This document shows positions 13,767-25,700 of a DNA stretch of 64,000 nt, piece after piece. The notes beneath the pieces were generated by a model. The model made no database searches. It was not told the origin of the DNA and saw only the letters and a program-made list of their open reading frames with translations. How positions within the stretch are numbered: position 1 is the stretch's first letter; each line of letters opens with the position of its first letter. Source of the DNA: Laetmonice hystrix (Eukaryota); the NCBI GenBank assembly GCA_965235115.1, contig OZ249436.1, positions 7,876,001 to 7,940,000 of the forward strand. The letters are read 5' to 3'. The translations under genes and the position numbers were made by a program.

Positions 13767-14260
13767 TGACGGGTGTAGATCTATACAAGCCCAGAAATGG
13801 AGGACACTCTACCAGCATAACGAAGAATTGACGGGTGTGGATCTATACAAGCCCAGAAATGGAGGACACTCTACCAGCATAACGAAGAATTGACGGGTGT
13901 AGATCTATACAAGCCCAGAAATGGAGGACACTCTACCAGCATAACGAAGAATTTACGGGTTTAGATCTATACAAGCCCAGAAATGGAGGACACTCTACCA
14001 GCATAACGAAGAATTGACGGGTGTGGATCTATACAAGCCCAGAAATGGAGGACACTCTACCAGCATAACGAAGAATTTACGGGTTTAGATCTATACAAGC
14101 CCAGAAATGGAGGACACTCTACCAGCATAACGAAGAATTTACGGGTTTAGATCTATACAAGCCCAGAAATGGAGGACACTCTACCAGCATAACGAAGAAT
14201 TGACGGGTGTAGATCTATACAAGCCCAGAAATGGAGGACACTCTACCAGTATAACGAAGA
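13767..14260. repeat. 62-bp minisatellite, 8 copies (single copy at 17347-17406 in the duplicate)
   Basis: Unit tgacgggtgtagatctatacaagcccagaaatggaggacactctaccagcataacgaagaat, starting at 13767, 13829 ... 14201. Confidence 0.95.
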
Positions 14261-14585
14261 GTGTGTCAAAGTAACATTACATCGGTTATATCCAATTGAC
14301 ACATATAAATTAATTGCCCTGTGGTAGTGGTACCCTACCCTGTAATTTACCAATCTCGGTAAAGTAGCTATCGTCTAATTAGATAAAACAACATAGTACG
14401 GTAAATTGCTGTAGGCCGGATCCATCCTTAATAAACACAGTTCCTTATACATCCAGGGGTGTCCGCAAGTCCTGGGAAACTTGGAAAAGTCCGGGAATTT
14501 ATTATTAGTGTCTCCTGGGGATTGAAAACTACGAGAATTTCATTTCCTTACTGAAGTCCGAGAAAGGTCCTAAAAATTGACAGAT

Positions 14586-14671
14586 TTCCTAGAAGACGAT
14601 TCACGAGTTCCTAGAAGACGATTCACGAGTTCCTAGAAGACGATTCAGGCGTTCCTAGAAGACGATTCACG
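14586..14671. repeat. 22-bp tandem repeat, 4 copies (3 copies at ~17727-17790)
   Basis: Unit ttcctagaagacgattcacgag. Confidence 0.9.
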
Positions 14672-16096
14672 ATCGGGATGCTATTTTCCTTTCGTCACCT
14701 TTATCAAGGAGAACGGAGTCCTGAACATGGTCATGGAAAAGATCGTTAAAGGAAAGGCCCGGGAAAATTCCCGAAATTTTGTTATGCTGACAAAGTTCTC
14801 ACAACTATTTTACGGTCGGCTTTATTAATTATTATACGGATTAGTTTTTGAATAGATTGAAGTTGCTGATGGCTGATGGGTGATCTATCTTTGAAGGCTC
14901 TAGTTGGGCCCGCTAAAGTGAAGTGTATATAAAGTGAAGTGTATACATGTATAAAGGCCCTCAGCCGAGCCGCGTGGGCCGAACGGAAGAAAGCAATTGG
15001 CGTGTGGACAGACCCAGCTGAAGGTGATCAAGTTGTAGGGATAGTTGACTCAAGCAGCAAGCACTCCCCTGCCTGTAGGTTCTGTTAGGTCATGGGTCCG
15101 TACCAGATGGCCATCCACTCTGGCTCCAGATACTCCACCCCACTCCACTAACACTGTCTCTGGCAGAACTCAGAAGTTGCCTGAAATACGGCGCAAACTG
15201 CCAACATTCACAGATGTTGCAATCTGAAGTCAGTGCTCGTAATCCTATAAATACAGCGTCAATGCAGGTTTAATACGTGTCGTCCGGAACTGGTTATGTG
15301 GCCGAGAGGCGATGTGTTGTATTGTTATTGATATTAATGGTACACATATAGGTATAGTTAGCTTCCTGGCCAAAGTAACAAATTGATCTCGGCTATGTTA
15401 GCTTTAATCATTCACCCTACTCATACCACTAATCTAGTGCATATTGTCGCATTTTTTTCTGAGCGTTGCTGTAAAAGAAAAATGTATTACTAACCAGCCA
15501 GCTTTATTTGATCAAGAAAATCTATTATTGTTGCATTCGTTTAAAAAAAGACATGTGCCTTTGCAGACGCCATATTTGTTGTGCGAACCAGACTTGGGTT
15601 TTTTCTATACCAATTTGCGTTTCAGAGGTTGCTCCTTCTGCCTTGGAGCAATTTTTTTGCCGTCAGCCAAGTTTCTAACAAATACCTAAGTTGCATGTTG
15701 CTCCCAGGTGTGGCACACATCTGGCAGAACATACGGGGCCCGCCTGACACTGCACGTGCTGCCCCCTGGTGGGCCGGCAGCCATTCAAACACCAACTCGA
15801 GTTAGAGAAAACCTGGATTCATAATGAAGTGATTCCCAGAATGCACCCCGCCAACTCTGGCTATATCTCAGGACAAGTGTACAATCATTGATTTTTGGAT
15901 ATTGAAGAGTCAGAACTAAGACAAACGCCGTAAAACCACGGTAAGAACTCGGCACTTAGGGCAGGTATAAATTTAGAGGTCAGTCAGGAGCCTGGACCCC
16001 TGCGAAACAGACGCAATGTTGACCTGAGGACCAGGCTGGTCAGTCACGAGGGAAGAGAATGGTGTAGTCAATAGAGGCAGAACAGCTGTGAAAAAT

Positions 16097-16236
16097 GTAA
16101 CCTATGTGTCAACGTGAGTGGTGAGCTATGTGTCAAAGCGAGCGGTGAGCTATGTGTCAAAGCAAGCGGTGAGCTATGTGTCAAAGCGAGCGGTGAGCTA
16201 TGTGTCAAAGCGAGCGGTGAGCTATGTGTCAAAGCG
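16097..16236. repeat. 24-bp tandem repeat, ~6 copies (duplicated at 19208-19347)
   Basis: Unit gtgagctatgtgtcaaagcgagcg; source of the VSYVSKRA ORFs. Confidence 0.92.
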
Positions 16237-19200
16237 CAGACGGCGCGGACTGAATGGACTCGACTCGGTCGTAATGGCTAACAAGTGTTTGGGGATGCCC
16301 CTCCTCCTACTTTTTTAGGACTCATTAACCCTAACTTTTTGGAGTGGTTTATATGAGCCACACTGATGATATCCACAGATCTGGCTGTAAAATGAGAACT
16401 AGAAAGCGTTGTATCTTTTATGGGATTGTTATGTGATAATTTATTTACACAATGAAAGGTCTGCCTCTTTGATCTGCTTTATAATGTTAAACAAAAGTGT
16501 AGCATGAAGTGTGCTTTCGTCTACGATAAATCTTTAAAACCGTAATTTACCAATATGGATGACGCATTTTTTACTCAGTCATGGATGTATGGAGCTCCCG
16601 CCAGGTGGCGGTAGTTTAGGCCCCTAAGTTAGTAGAGTTGTGGTCACGTGATTTATCCGGCAGGGATAAGGAACGTCAGCAGTGCCAGCTCAGGGTTGAA
16701 CGATGTAACCAGATGATGACAAACTAACATGGTAAATAGCCACCCATCTCAGGGCACAGGTCCATCCGAGCATGTGTAGATTATAATGTGACTGGCCGTG
16801 TCCTGTCAGCTATCATTATGAACAAGTTCCTTAATACAAGTTGAGGCAGGGGGTGGGGTGGTATTACCGCGTCCCTCAAACAGATGCCTACCTCCAGATG
16901 TTACAGGTAGACGCCAGTAACCTTACACCCTGGCGGGGAGGGTGTTAGGGGTGGGGTTGGGTTGGTGGAATCCTGCTGTAAACTACACACATCTCATACA
17001 TGGCCCTAACTCATAATGGGTTGCAAATGACAAAGATGGCTCTGGAGCACGTCGTCAGCGTAAATCACGGCGGGGAGCGCCCCCTGGTGGAGTGGAGGTG
17101 TGAAATGGTGAGAGGTTGTAAATAAAGCCACCACTCCGGGGTTGAGTGTTGGTTGGCGGTGGCTCAACGATTAGCACTCAGCCCGACCCACCTGGGTCTG
17201 GTTTATGATCATCCTCCATGGTGGGTACATACAACATGATAAGAGCATGGTCTTGGCCTGCCGGGAAGGAAGAGAAGGGATAGGGCGGTTTACATCATGT
17301 CTTATGTCCGTGAGCTGCATATGTATGGTATTTGGGACCCATGAACTGACGGGTGTAGATCTATACAAGCCCAGAAATGGAGGACACTGTACCAGTATAA
17401 CGAAGAGTGTGTCAGGGTAACGTTACATCAGTTATATCCAATTGACACATATAAATTAATTGCCCTGTGGTAGTGGTATCCTACCCTGTAATTTACCAAC
17501 CTCGGTAAAGTAGCTAGTGTAATTAGATAAAACAACATAGTACGGTAAATTGCTGTAGACCGTATCCATCCTTAAACACAGTTCCTTATACCTCCAGGGG
17601 GGTCCGCAAGTCCTGGGAAACTTAGAAAAATCCGGGAATTTATTATTGGTTCCTCCTGGGGATGGAAAACTACGAGAATTTCATTTCCTTGCTGAAGTCC
17701 GGGAACGGTCCTAAAAATTGACAGATTTCCTAGAAGACGATTCACGAGTTCCTAGAAGACGATTCACGCGTTCCTAGAAGACGATTCACGATCGGGATGC
17801 TATTTTCCTTTCGTCACCTTTATCAAGGAGAACGGAGTCCTGAACATGGTCATGGAAAAGATCATTAAAGGACAGGCCCGGGAAAATTCCCGAAATTTTG
17901 TTATGCTGACAAAGTTCTCACAACTATTTTACGGTCGGCTTTATTAATTATTATACGGATTAGTTTTTGAATAGATTGAAGTTGCTGATGGCTGGGTGAT
18001 CGATCTTTAAAGGCTCTAGTTGGGCCCGCTAAGGTGAAGTGTATATAAAGTGAAGTGTATATAAAGGCCCTCAGCCGAGCCGCGTGGGCCCGAACGGAAG
18101 AAAGCAATTGGCGTGTGGACAGACCCAGCTGAAGGTGATCAAGTTGTAGGGATAGTTGACTCAAGCAGCAAGCACTCCCCTGCCTGTAGATTCTGTTAGG
18201 TCATGGGTCCGTACCAGATGGCCATCCACCCTGACTCCAGTTACTCCACCCCACTCCACTAACACTGTCTCTGGCAGAACTCAGAAGTTGCCTGAAATAC
18301 GGCGCAAACTGCCAACATTCACAGATGTTGCAGTCTGAAGTCAGTGCTCGTAATCCTATAAATACAGCGTCAATGCAGGTTTAATGCGTGTCGTCCGGAA
18401 CTGGTTATGTGGCCGAGAGGCGATGTGTACTATTGTTATTGAGATGAATGGTACACATATAGGTATAGTTAGCTTCCTGGCCAAAGTAACAAATTGATCT
18501 CGGCTCTGTTAGCTTTAATCATTCACCCTACTCATACCACTAATCTAGTGCATATTTTCGCATTTTTTTCTGAGCGTTGCTGTAAAAGAAAAATGTATTA
18601 CTAACCAGCCAGCTTTATTTGATCAAGAAAATCTATTATTGTTGCATCCGTTTAAAAAAAGACATGTGCCTTTGCAGACGCCGTATTTGTTGTGCGAACC
18701 AGACTTGGGTTTTTTCTATACCAATTTGCGTTTCAGAGGTTGCTCCTTCTGCCTTGGAGCAATTTTTTTGCCGTCAGCCAAGTTTCTAACAAATACCTAA
18801 GTTGCATGTTGCTCCCAGGTGTGGCACACATCTGGCAGAACATACGGGGCCCGCCTGACACTGCACGTGCTGCCCCCTGGTGGGCCGGCAGCCATTCAAA
18901 CACCAACTCAAGTTAGAAAAAACCTGGATTCATAATGAAGTGATTCCTAGAATGCACCCCGCCAACTCTGGCTATATCTCAGGACAAGTGTACAATCATT
19001 GATTTTTGGATATTGAAGAGTCAGAACTAAGACAAACGCCGTAAAACCACGGTAAGAACTCGGCACTTAGGGCAGGTATAAATTTAGAGGTCAGTCAGGA
19101 GCCTGGACCCCTGCGAAACAGACGCAATTTTGACCTGAGGACCAGGCTGGTCAGTCACGAGGGAAGAGAATGGTGTAGTCAATAGAGGCAGAACAGCTGT

Positions 19201-20449
19201 GAAAAATGTAACCTATGTGTCAACGTGAGTGGTGAGCTATGTGTCAAAGCGAGCGGTGAGCTATGTGTCAAAGCAAGCGGTGAGCTATGTGTCAAAGCGA
19301 GCGGTGAGCTATGTGTCAAAGCGAGCGGTGAGCTATGTGTCAAAGCGCAGACGGCGCGGACTGAATGGACTCGACTCGGTCGTAATGGCTAACAAGTGTT
19401 TGGGGATGCCCCTCCTCCTACTTTTTTAGGACTCATTAACCCTAACTTTTTGGAGTGGTTTATATGAGCCACACTGATGATATCCACAGATCTGGCTGTA
19501 AAATGAGAACTAGAAAGCGTTGTATCTTTTATGGGATTGTTATGTGATAATTTATTTACACAATGAAAGGTCTGAAAAAGGAAGTTTTCTATCAAAAGGC
19601 CAGCCATTTTGTGTTATTTCTTAGCAAGAGTGATACACATCGCTTTTCTTTAAAAAAAAGAAGAGGTGACTAGTAAGTTCAGTTCAATAAAAGCTTTAAA
19701 GATATTTTTTAAACTTCGTTTTGGGAGGAAAAACTGTGGACCTCTCATTGTGTTGTAATAATCCCGCCGGGTGTTTGAATTGAGTCTTCAAAGCCGCGAT
19801 GATTGCCTTGTCAAAAGGAGTACTAACATTATTTTTAGGTATATTTTGATCATTAGAATTACCAACGAATGTGATTATGTGCTTTTCTTTCCAACAAACG
19901 TCCGGAAACATTGAAATGATGTGAGACCTAAAAAGTTCATTATCCAAAGAATACTACGTACCACCTCTTGTGATGTAGAGGGTGAGACTGGAAACTGTGA
20001 AAACACCTCGTTGTGATTACTCAGGTGGTATTTTATACAGCTACCTGTCATCTCCAAACGGTCTATTGTAATTACCCGGTCTAACTTAAAAACTTGTAAT
20101 CGCATGTCACTGCGGCTGACAATCGCAACCCTTCATCTGACGTGGAACACATGTTACTAATACATGTCTGTAATCCGCGCATGCGTGTAGACGCTTTATC
20201 CGGATAGAGACGCTGAGAAATAAATACCTGTAGAAACTGTCTTCATGAGGTAATCAAAAAATTATCGAGACTGATTATATTTAAGCTACGATGAGTGGTT
20301 ACGTAACCTGACATAGACTAGTGGCGCTGTCTTGATAATTACTCGGTGTTAGTAATTACTACCTGCTCCCCGGGCAGGTAAAACGTGCAGGTGTTGGTGT
20401 CGAGGTGAACCTGTTGACGCCTTGCTCAGTCATGTTGTCTCTGTTTCAG

Positions 20450-20515
20450 ACCACCGGTCCAATAGACCCGACCCTTCCGGCCGCCACCCAACGGCAAACC
20501 CGCCTTCAGGCACTG
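20450..20515 (+). CDS. Candidate 66-nt in-frame (phase 0-0) SMG5 exon
   Basis: Strong acceptor tgttgtctctgtttcAG and strong donor CTG|GTGAGT. 22 codons with no stop (TTGPIDPTLPAATQRQTRLQAL), phase-compatible with the phase-0 acceptor at 53088. No clear homology that I can recognise. Confidence 0.45.
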
Positions 20516-23500
20516 GTGAGTCCGCCAGGTGGCGACACCTACCTTCTGCTATTAAAAACATACTCATGCGATCAGGTCTCACGCGGCTAGATAAATTCCC
20601 TGATATTGATGTGGCAATGTGCCCTCGCTACCAGACACCAGACTTTGTTCCTGCAAGGGCCTGGTCGGGGGGATTGTTAGGTTCCCCCACCCCCGCCAAC
20701 ACACATATAAACTCATTAAAAAACATCATATTTATCATCATTATTATCATACCAACAGTCATTATCATATTTATCCCTTCTAATCAGTATTTTTAGAGTG
20801 TTATTGGTAGGTCAGTATAACTGAAGCCGCCTGGCCAGTATATGACCCGAGCAGAATGTCTATGTTTAATTTGACTTTTGACCTCTAACCTTTTCAACTG
20901 AGATTCCTGTGGTGTATGTACCTCCGCGAAAATAACAGATATAGGTAAATAAGATTTACTAGTCCATTTTTTGAGCCAACCAATGTGTTGTGATATACCA
21001 GCATTAGCGGGAGCTGTTACACCTGGTGTAGACTCTACGTCGTTCAAAAGAGAAAGGGTGGATAGGTGCTAATGACTTTTAGTCGTTGAGATTGATGAGA
21101 TTAGGACGAACTCTGACTAGCTGCCCTGTCAGTGCCTAATAATAATCCTGAAAAACAAGGCGGCAGATAAAGTTTTCCAGAGTAAATGAACCGCTAACTT
21201 TTATATGATACTTTTTTTCCTGGGACAATGTGTTCTACCTGTACTATCTAAATAGTCGGCAGCGATTCCATACGATGACACGGTCGTCGGTAATGGTTTA
21301 CGTGATGGCGGCCACCTACAGGGTCATGAGAGCTGTTAACATCGCTCGACTGGACAACAGGTTACGTCAGAATGACCGAGTCGGTTTAAGATTAATGAGA
21401 CCGATAGTGCTGCCACCTGGGGGAGCTAGAATTATGTCACTTGTCCAACCATGAGTCGACTAATGAGGTGGAGTGATTACGAACCCATTGAAATGTGAGA
21501 AATAGTAGTTATGGTCTATAGGCTATCAGTGAACATCAGAACCGTTGATATCTGGAAGGTAACTTAGGGTTCTTTGAAGATTATTTTGGATTTATTAGGC
21601 ATGTCTAAATGTGCAAATATCTTGAATCCGTGAGCTTCAAAAAGATAACAAAAAGATAAGTGTTATCAACCATCATTGTCATCTGCTTCGTGTTAAAGAT
21701 GCAGAACTTCTGTTAATGAAACTAAAGTGGGGGATACTGATGTAATCGTGTTTTAAACATTTACTTATTACAACTTACATGTTCCAGAAGGTCCTAGAAT
21801 ACATGTATTTCTGGCCTAGTTTTCGGGTGAAGCTTGGCCTCAGGCCTATCAAGAAGTCACTGTGCTTCATATGAAGTATGCAGTTGCACGCAGTAAAAAT
21901 ACAAGACTAAGAATGAGTTCATGTTTGACTGCTCGCCCTGAGAGATTATTATTACTCCACTTTATTATTATGAAAAGTAGTTTTTAGATCTGTGTTTTTG
22001 TGTTTTGCTTTTTCCTTTTTTTTTACTCAAGAGGACACAATATTATTCAGGATATAATCAGATGCTGCCAAACAGTTTTTTGTTTTTCAATAATGTATTT
22101 AGTTTCAAGGGATAACATTTCATCATATTGAACAAGAATCTGACAGGGAGTTTTTACATTTAATTTCGCAAAGAGCAACTATTATGATTTCCGTGTCCTG
22201 TAATGTATAGAGGTCGAATTCCAAGTTTAATATTGAGTACTAGAATTAAGGGACGACTTCCCGAGGCGGCTAGTGCTATTAGGTTGAATCCCTGGGACAT
22301 GTCATGTAATTGGCATCAAGGACTTTGGTTTACTTGGGCTATTAGCAGAGTCTTCCAGGAGCTAGCATTTCTATGGTAATTGTTAATGGTAGGGGGGAAA
22401 ACTAATGAGATAACTTGTGCGTCCGCTGTGTCAAGATTACAGGTAACTCCAGGTGCCTACTGCCTCTCCATGCACGTCATTAGTTGTCACTCAGGACGGT
22501 AGTGAGTGCGAGGTCGTGGTCAGTTTACCTGTAAAACGGTGGTGTGGGGGACACCTGACGATGGCCACACCCTATAACTACCTGGCCGCCTATAGGTGGA
22601 CACAGGTGTTAAACTGAAGTTAGCCTGTCCGCCTGTACGCTCAGATCACTACCATTGACATCTTCATATCGTATGACATCACTGAATCCGAGATCTCAGA
22701 ATCTGCAGCTGTGCTACATTGACACACGAGATCTGCCAACTGTGTCACGTGATCGTCAAAATGAGGTCAGCTCCTGCTTTCACTTACACACGGCACTTCC
22801 GGTGGAGATGTCGAACATGGACTTATTTCGTTGTCGTATATGGCCACGCTGTGCCCAGCACCTCACTCACGCCGTCGTGGCTGGTCCACGTTAGGGATAT
22901 ACTTGTATGTGGGTCGCAAATTCGTCATCATCGACCGGTCCGACCCGCCCACATTCCACCCTTTCAGCAACCAATCAACTATCTGCTTTCATATAGCTTT
23001 ACTCGATCGTTGAATCAACGTCAACACAGCAGGTTTTAGTTGACGCTTACCGCAGCGTGGATATAGCCGAGTCAATCTAAAGACTAAATGAACCAGTTGC
23101 CAAACCCAGTAAATTCGGTATTGCCATTTCTATCAGCCTGCAAAATATAGTACTCTTCTGGGTGTGACTAAAACCATAAAGTCTAGATTATAATTTCGCC
23201 AAATTATACTTTTCTCCCCAGAATTATATTTTCTCCGCGGAATTATACTTTTCTGCACGGTGGAAAGTGATAAAAATACGTATGGGCCACCGTAGGTCGG
23301 AAAGTCCGAGGCGCTTCTTGAAACAGTCCCCTGGCTACGTGCCTGACTGGTGGCTGATAGAAATGCACATCTATGCTGATGATGAGTGCATTTTAAGGTG
23401 TGCTAACGTGCGGCCTGATGTACTGCGGGGTCGACTTGTATAACGTTTGACCTGAAGGCCATTCAATCTGCTATTCACACGACTCACTACTCCCGCGTGA

Positions 23501-25099
23501 GACATCGCCCCAGCACAAGGTAACGGTTTAATAGCCAGTGTCACCATTAAAAACGAATACACTGTCTCCTCGTAATACGTAATGGTCCTGACAGCGGGAG
23601 GAGGCGCAGCCCCCTTATACTGAATCATGCTAGGTGTTTTATGGAACATATTAATGTATGCTAATCCCTACATAATTGCGTTTTAGAAACATCAAAGATG
23701 GCAGGCAATTTTTGAAAGCCATCCGGTAAGGTTTGGTGCGTGTGTACGGGGAGTGTTGTAATTTTACCGGAGAATGATAGTCATATACAACGATGTTATC
23801 GGTATAGTCGACATTCATATGAATTTGATTTTTCAGGTGAAAAGCAGTTAAAAGGTACTAAATTTTAAAGCCCTATAAACGTCATTAAAAACGATCGCTG
23901 ATTATGAATATTTCATCGTAAAAAGCGGCTTGCAGCTAATTAAGTCTGTGTTTTGACGCGTCAATTACACCCCCATTACGGGAGCTTGAAATGAGTCACG
24001 ATGAAGACGGAATAGATTTAGGTGGAGACATAGGTGCTGAGTCATGGGGTGACTATACGATGGTTGAATGTGATGAGGCTGGAGTGTAAAATAGACGACA
24101 CCTCGTGTGTGGCCACAGTCCTCCGTCACAGCGTTCCTCTCCGCGTCCACGACAAAACACGCCGAACACGAGAAAAAACGCGAACAACCTGTGACGCGTC
24201 GCTCTGGACAACGGCACAGTGCACGTCTTCTCACTCGTTTACGGACAGCTGTTGTACGATCAGAAAAATATATATGTGTACATATGTCATGGAACACCAC
24301 GTCATCTGTTCCCTCCAGATGAACAAGAGATGGGAATAATGTGGAGTTAAATTGCTCTAAGGAGGTGGTTTGGGAAAATATTTAAGGATCTGGGGAAGGA
24401 GATGTGATGGAACACCCCTGAAGGCTTGAAGTCGAGTAAAGACATTCCGTTTTTCACTCCATACTTTGATAAGTCCAGACATGTGCGAGTTGTGTGCATT
24501 TTTTCTATGACAATTATCTTGGCAAAGAAGTGGAGACAGTTCAACCGTGTTTGATTAAAGGTCAATTAAATACTTGTTGGTGCCGCCACTTAGATTGAGA
24601 ATCAGTGCATGACATGAGACGTGTTAGTAGCATATGTTTTCTTTTGAGTGCATTCATCGGTCTGGCTGGGACATGGGAAAGTAGAAACCCGAGCTTGTGG
24701 CCCCATATGTTATATCAGCCAAAAGTCCCGCGTCTTTTTCTGTCGACATAATAATAGTATAATTATGGATCATAGCACTCGAGGAGCTGTGAGCCAAGGG
24801 TCGTGCTTGGCCCTGGTGGCAGGGCCTGAAACTAGACTGAAAGGTAACATACTTAGGGGTACATTACAGAGGCGAGCGTGGAAGTGATGTCTCTGAACGG
24901 CTCTCGGTATAGATCAGTGAGCAGAAGTTGGGTGAGTGAGACTCAACAGGCTCCTCGCGGAACCGCGGAACATTAAACAGCTTTAAACTCGACCGGCCTC
25001 GGCAAGTGTAAGCAGCTGTGATGTAGGAGATAGGACCCCACCTCGCCACCATAACTATCCCCCACTACGTTCTGCTAACCGACTCCGCCTGGCACGACC

Positions 25100-25700
25100 G
25101 CCCGCATCTTGGCTCGCCCTCACCTGGTTGGTAGGCCGAGGCAGCCAATCAGAACGGAGGCGTGAGGACTCCAGCAACTCTCCTGTCAATCATACGACAT
25201 GGTTTGTGATACAGGGGTCTGTTGCTATGGTCTCTGTAGCTACAAACCCGGCCTGAGACTGAGACAAGCGTTCAATCCTGACCCAGTTACCTCACACCGT
25301 CAACTGGTGGATGATGAAGAAAAGTCTGAGAGGATGTTAACTTGTGGAGATTCTGATTGGCTAGCATGTGTTGAGATCGGGTGGGAGTATGTTACCCCAG
25401 ACACCCGTACTTACCGCCTGCCGACAGGGTGGTTGTCAGGGTTGGCTGCCCTCTCAGCCAATGAGGGCAGCAGGGGTTGGAGGTGGGGGAGACCCCGGTG
25501 GGGACCGGGGGAGGGGGAGGGGGACGGGGACGGGGTGGCAAAGCGATGCCAGTAATTGAAGGTATGCACTGCTGGAGTCGGGTGTCCGGAATGGTCAGCA
25601 GAGCCAGTTGCTATGTCAGTCACCTGGCGACCACATGGCCGCCATGGTAACGACCCATAGCAACAGGCGCCCAGGCGTGAGGGTAGCACATCGCAGCCAA
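25100..25700. promoter_or_regulatory. GC-rich promoter/enhancer-like island (NF-Y CCAAT boxes, PBX-MEIS/PREP decamer, RFX X-box-like sites)
   Basis: AGCCAATCAG 25143, CTGATTGGCT 25353, AGCCAATGAG 25456. CTGTCAATCA (= TGATTGACAG) 25183. GTTGCTATGG 25221, GTTGCTATG 25607, GCCGCCATGGTAAC 25638, CCATAGCAAC 25655. G-rich tract ~25475-25540. Confidence 0.5.

Larger units (their letters stand above)
12882..19574. repeat. Head-to-tail tandem duplication: copy 1 12882-16462, copy 2 16463-19574
   Basis: Both copies start gcctctttgatctgctttataatg and end ...caatgaaaggtctg, sharing a single G at the junction. Duplicated ORFs appear in the track (e.g. 15581/18692, 16118/19229). Confidence 0.97.

Noticed and set aside
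14454..14780. DNA-transposon remnant (cagggg...gaaaagtccgggaattt motifs) inside the duplication
   Set aside because: Looks repeat-derived, but I could not define paired termini or a TSD.
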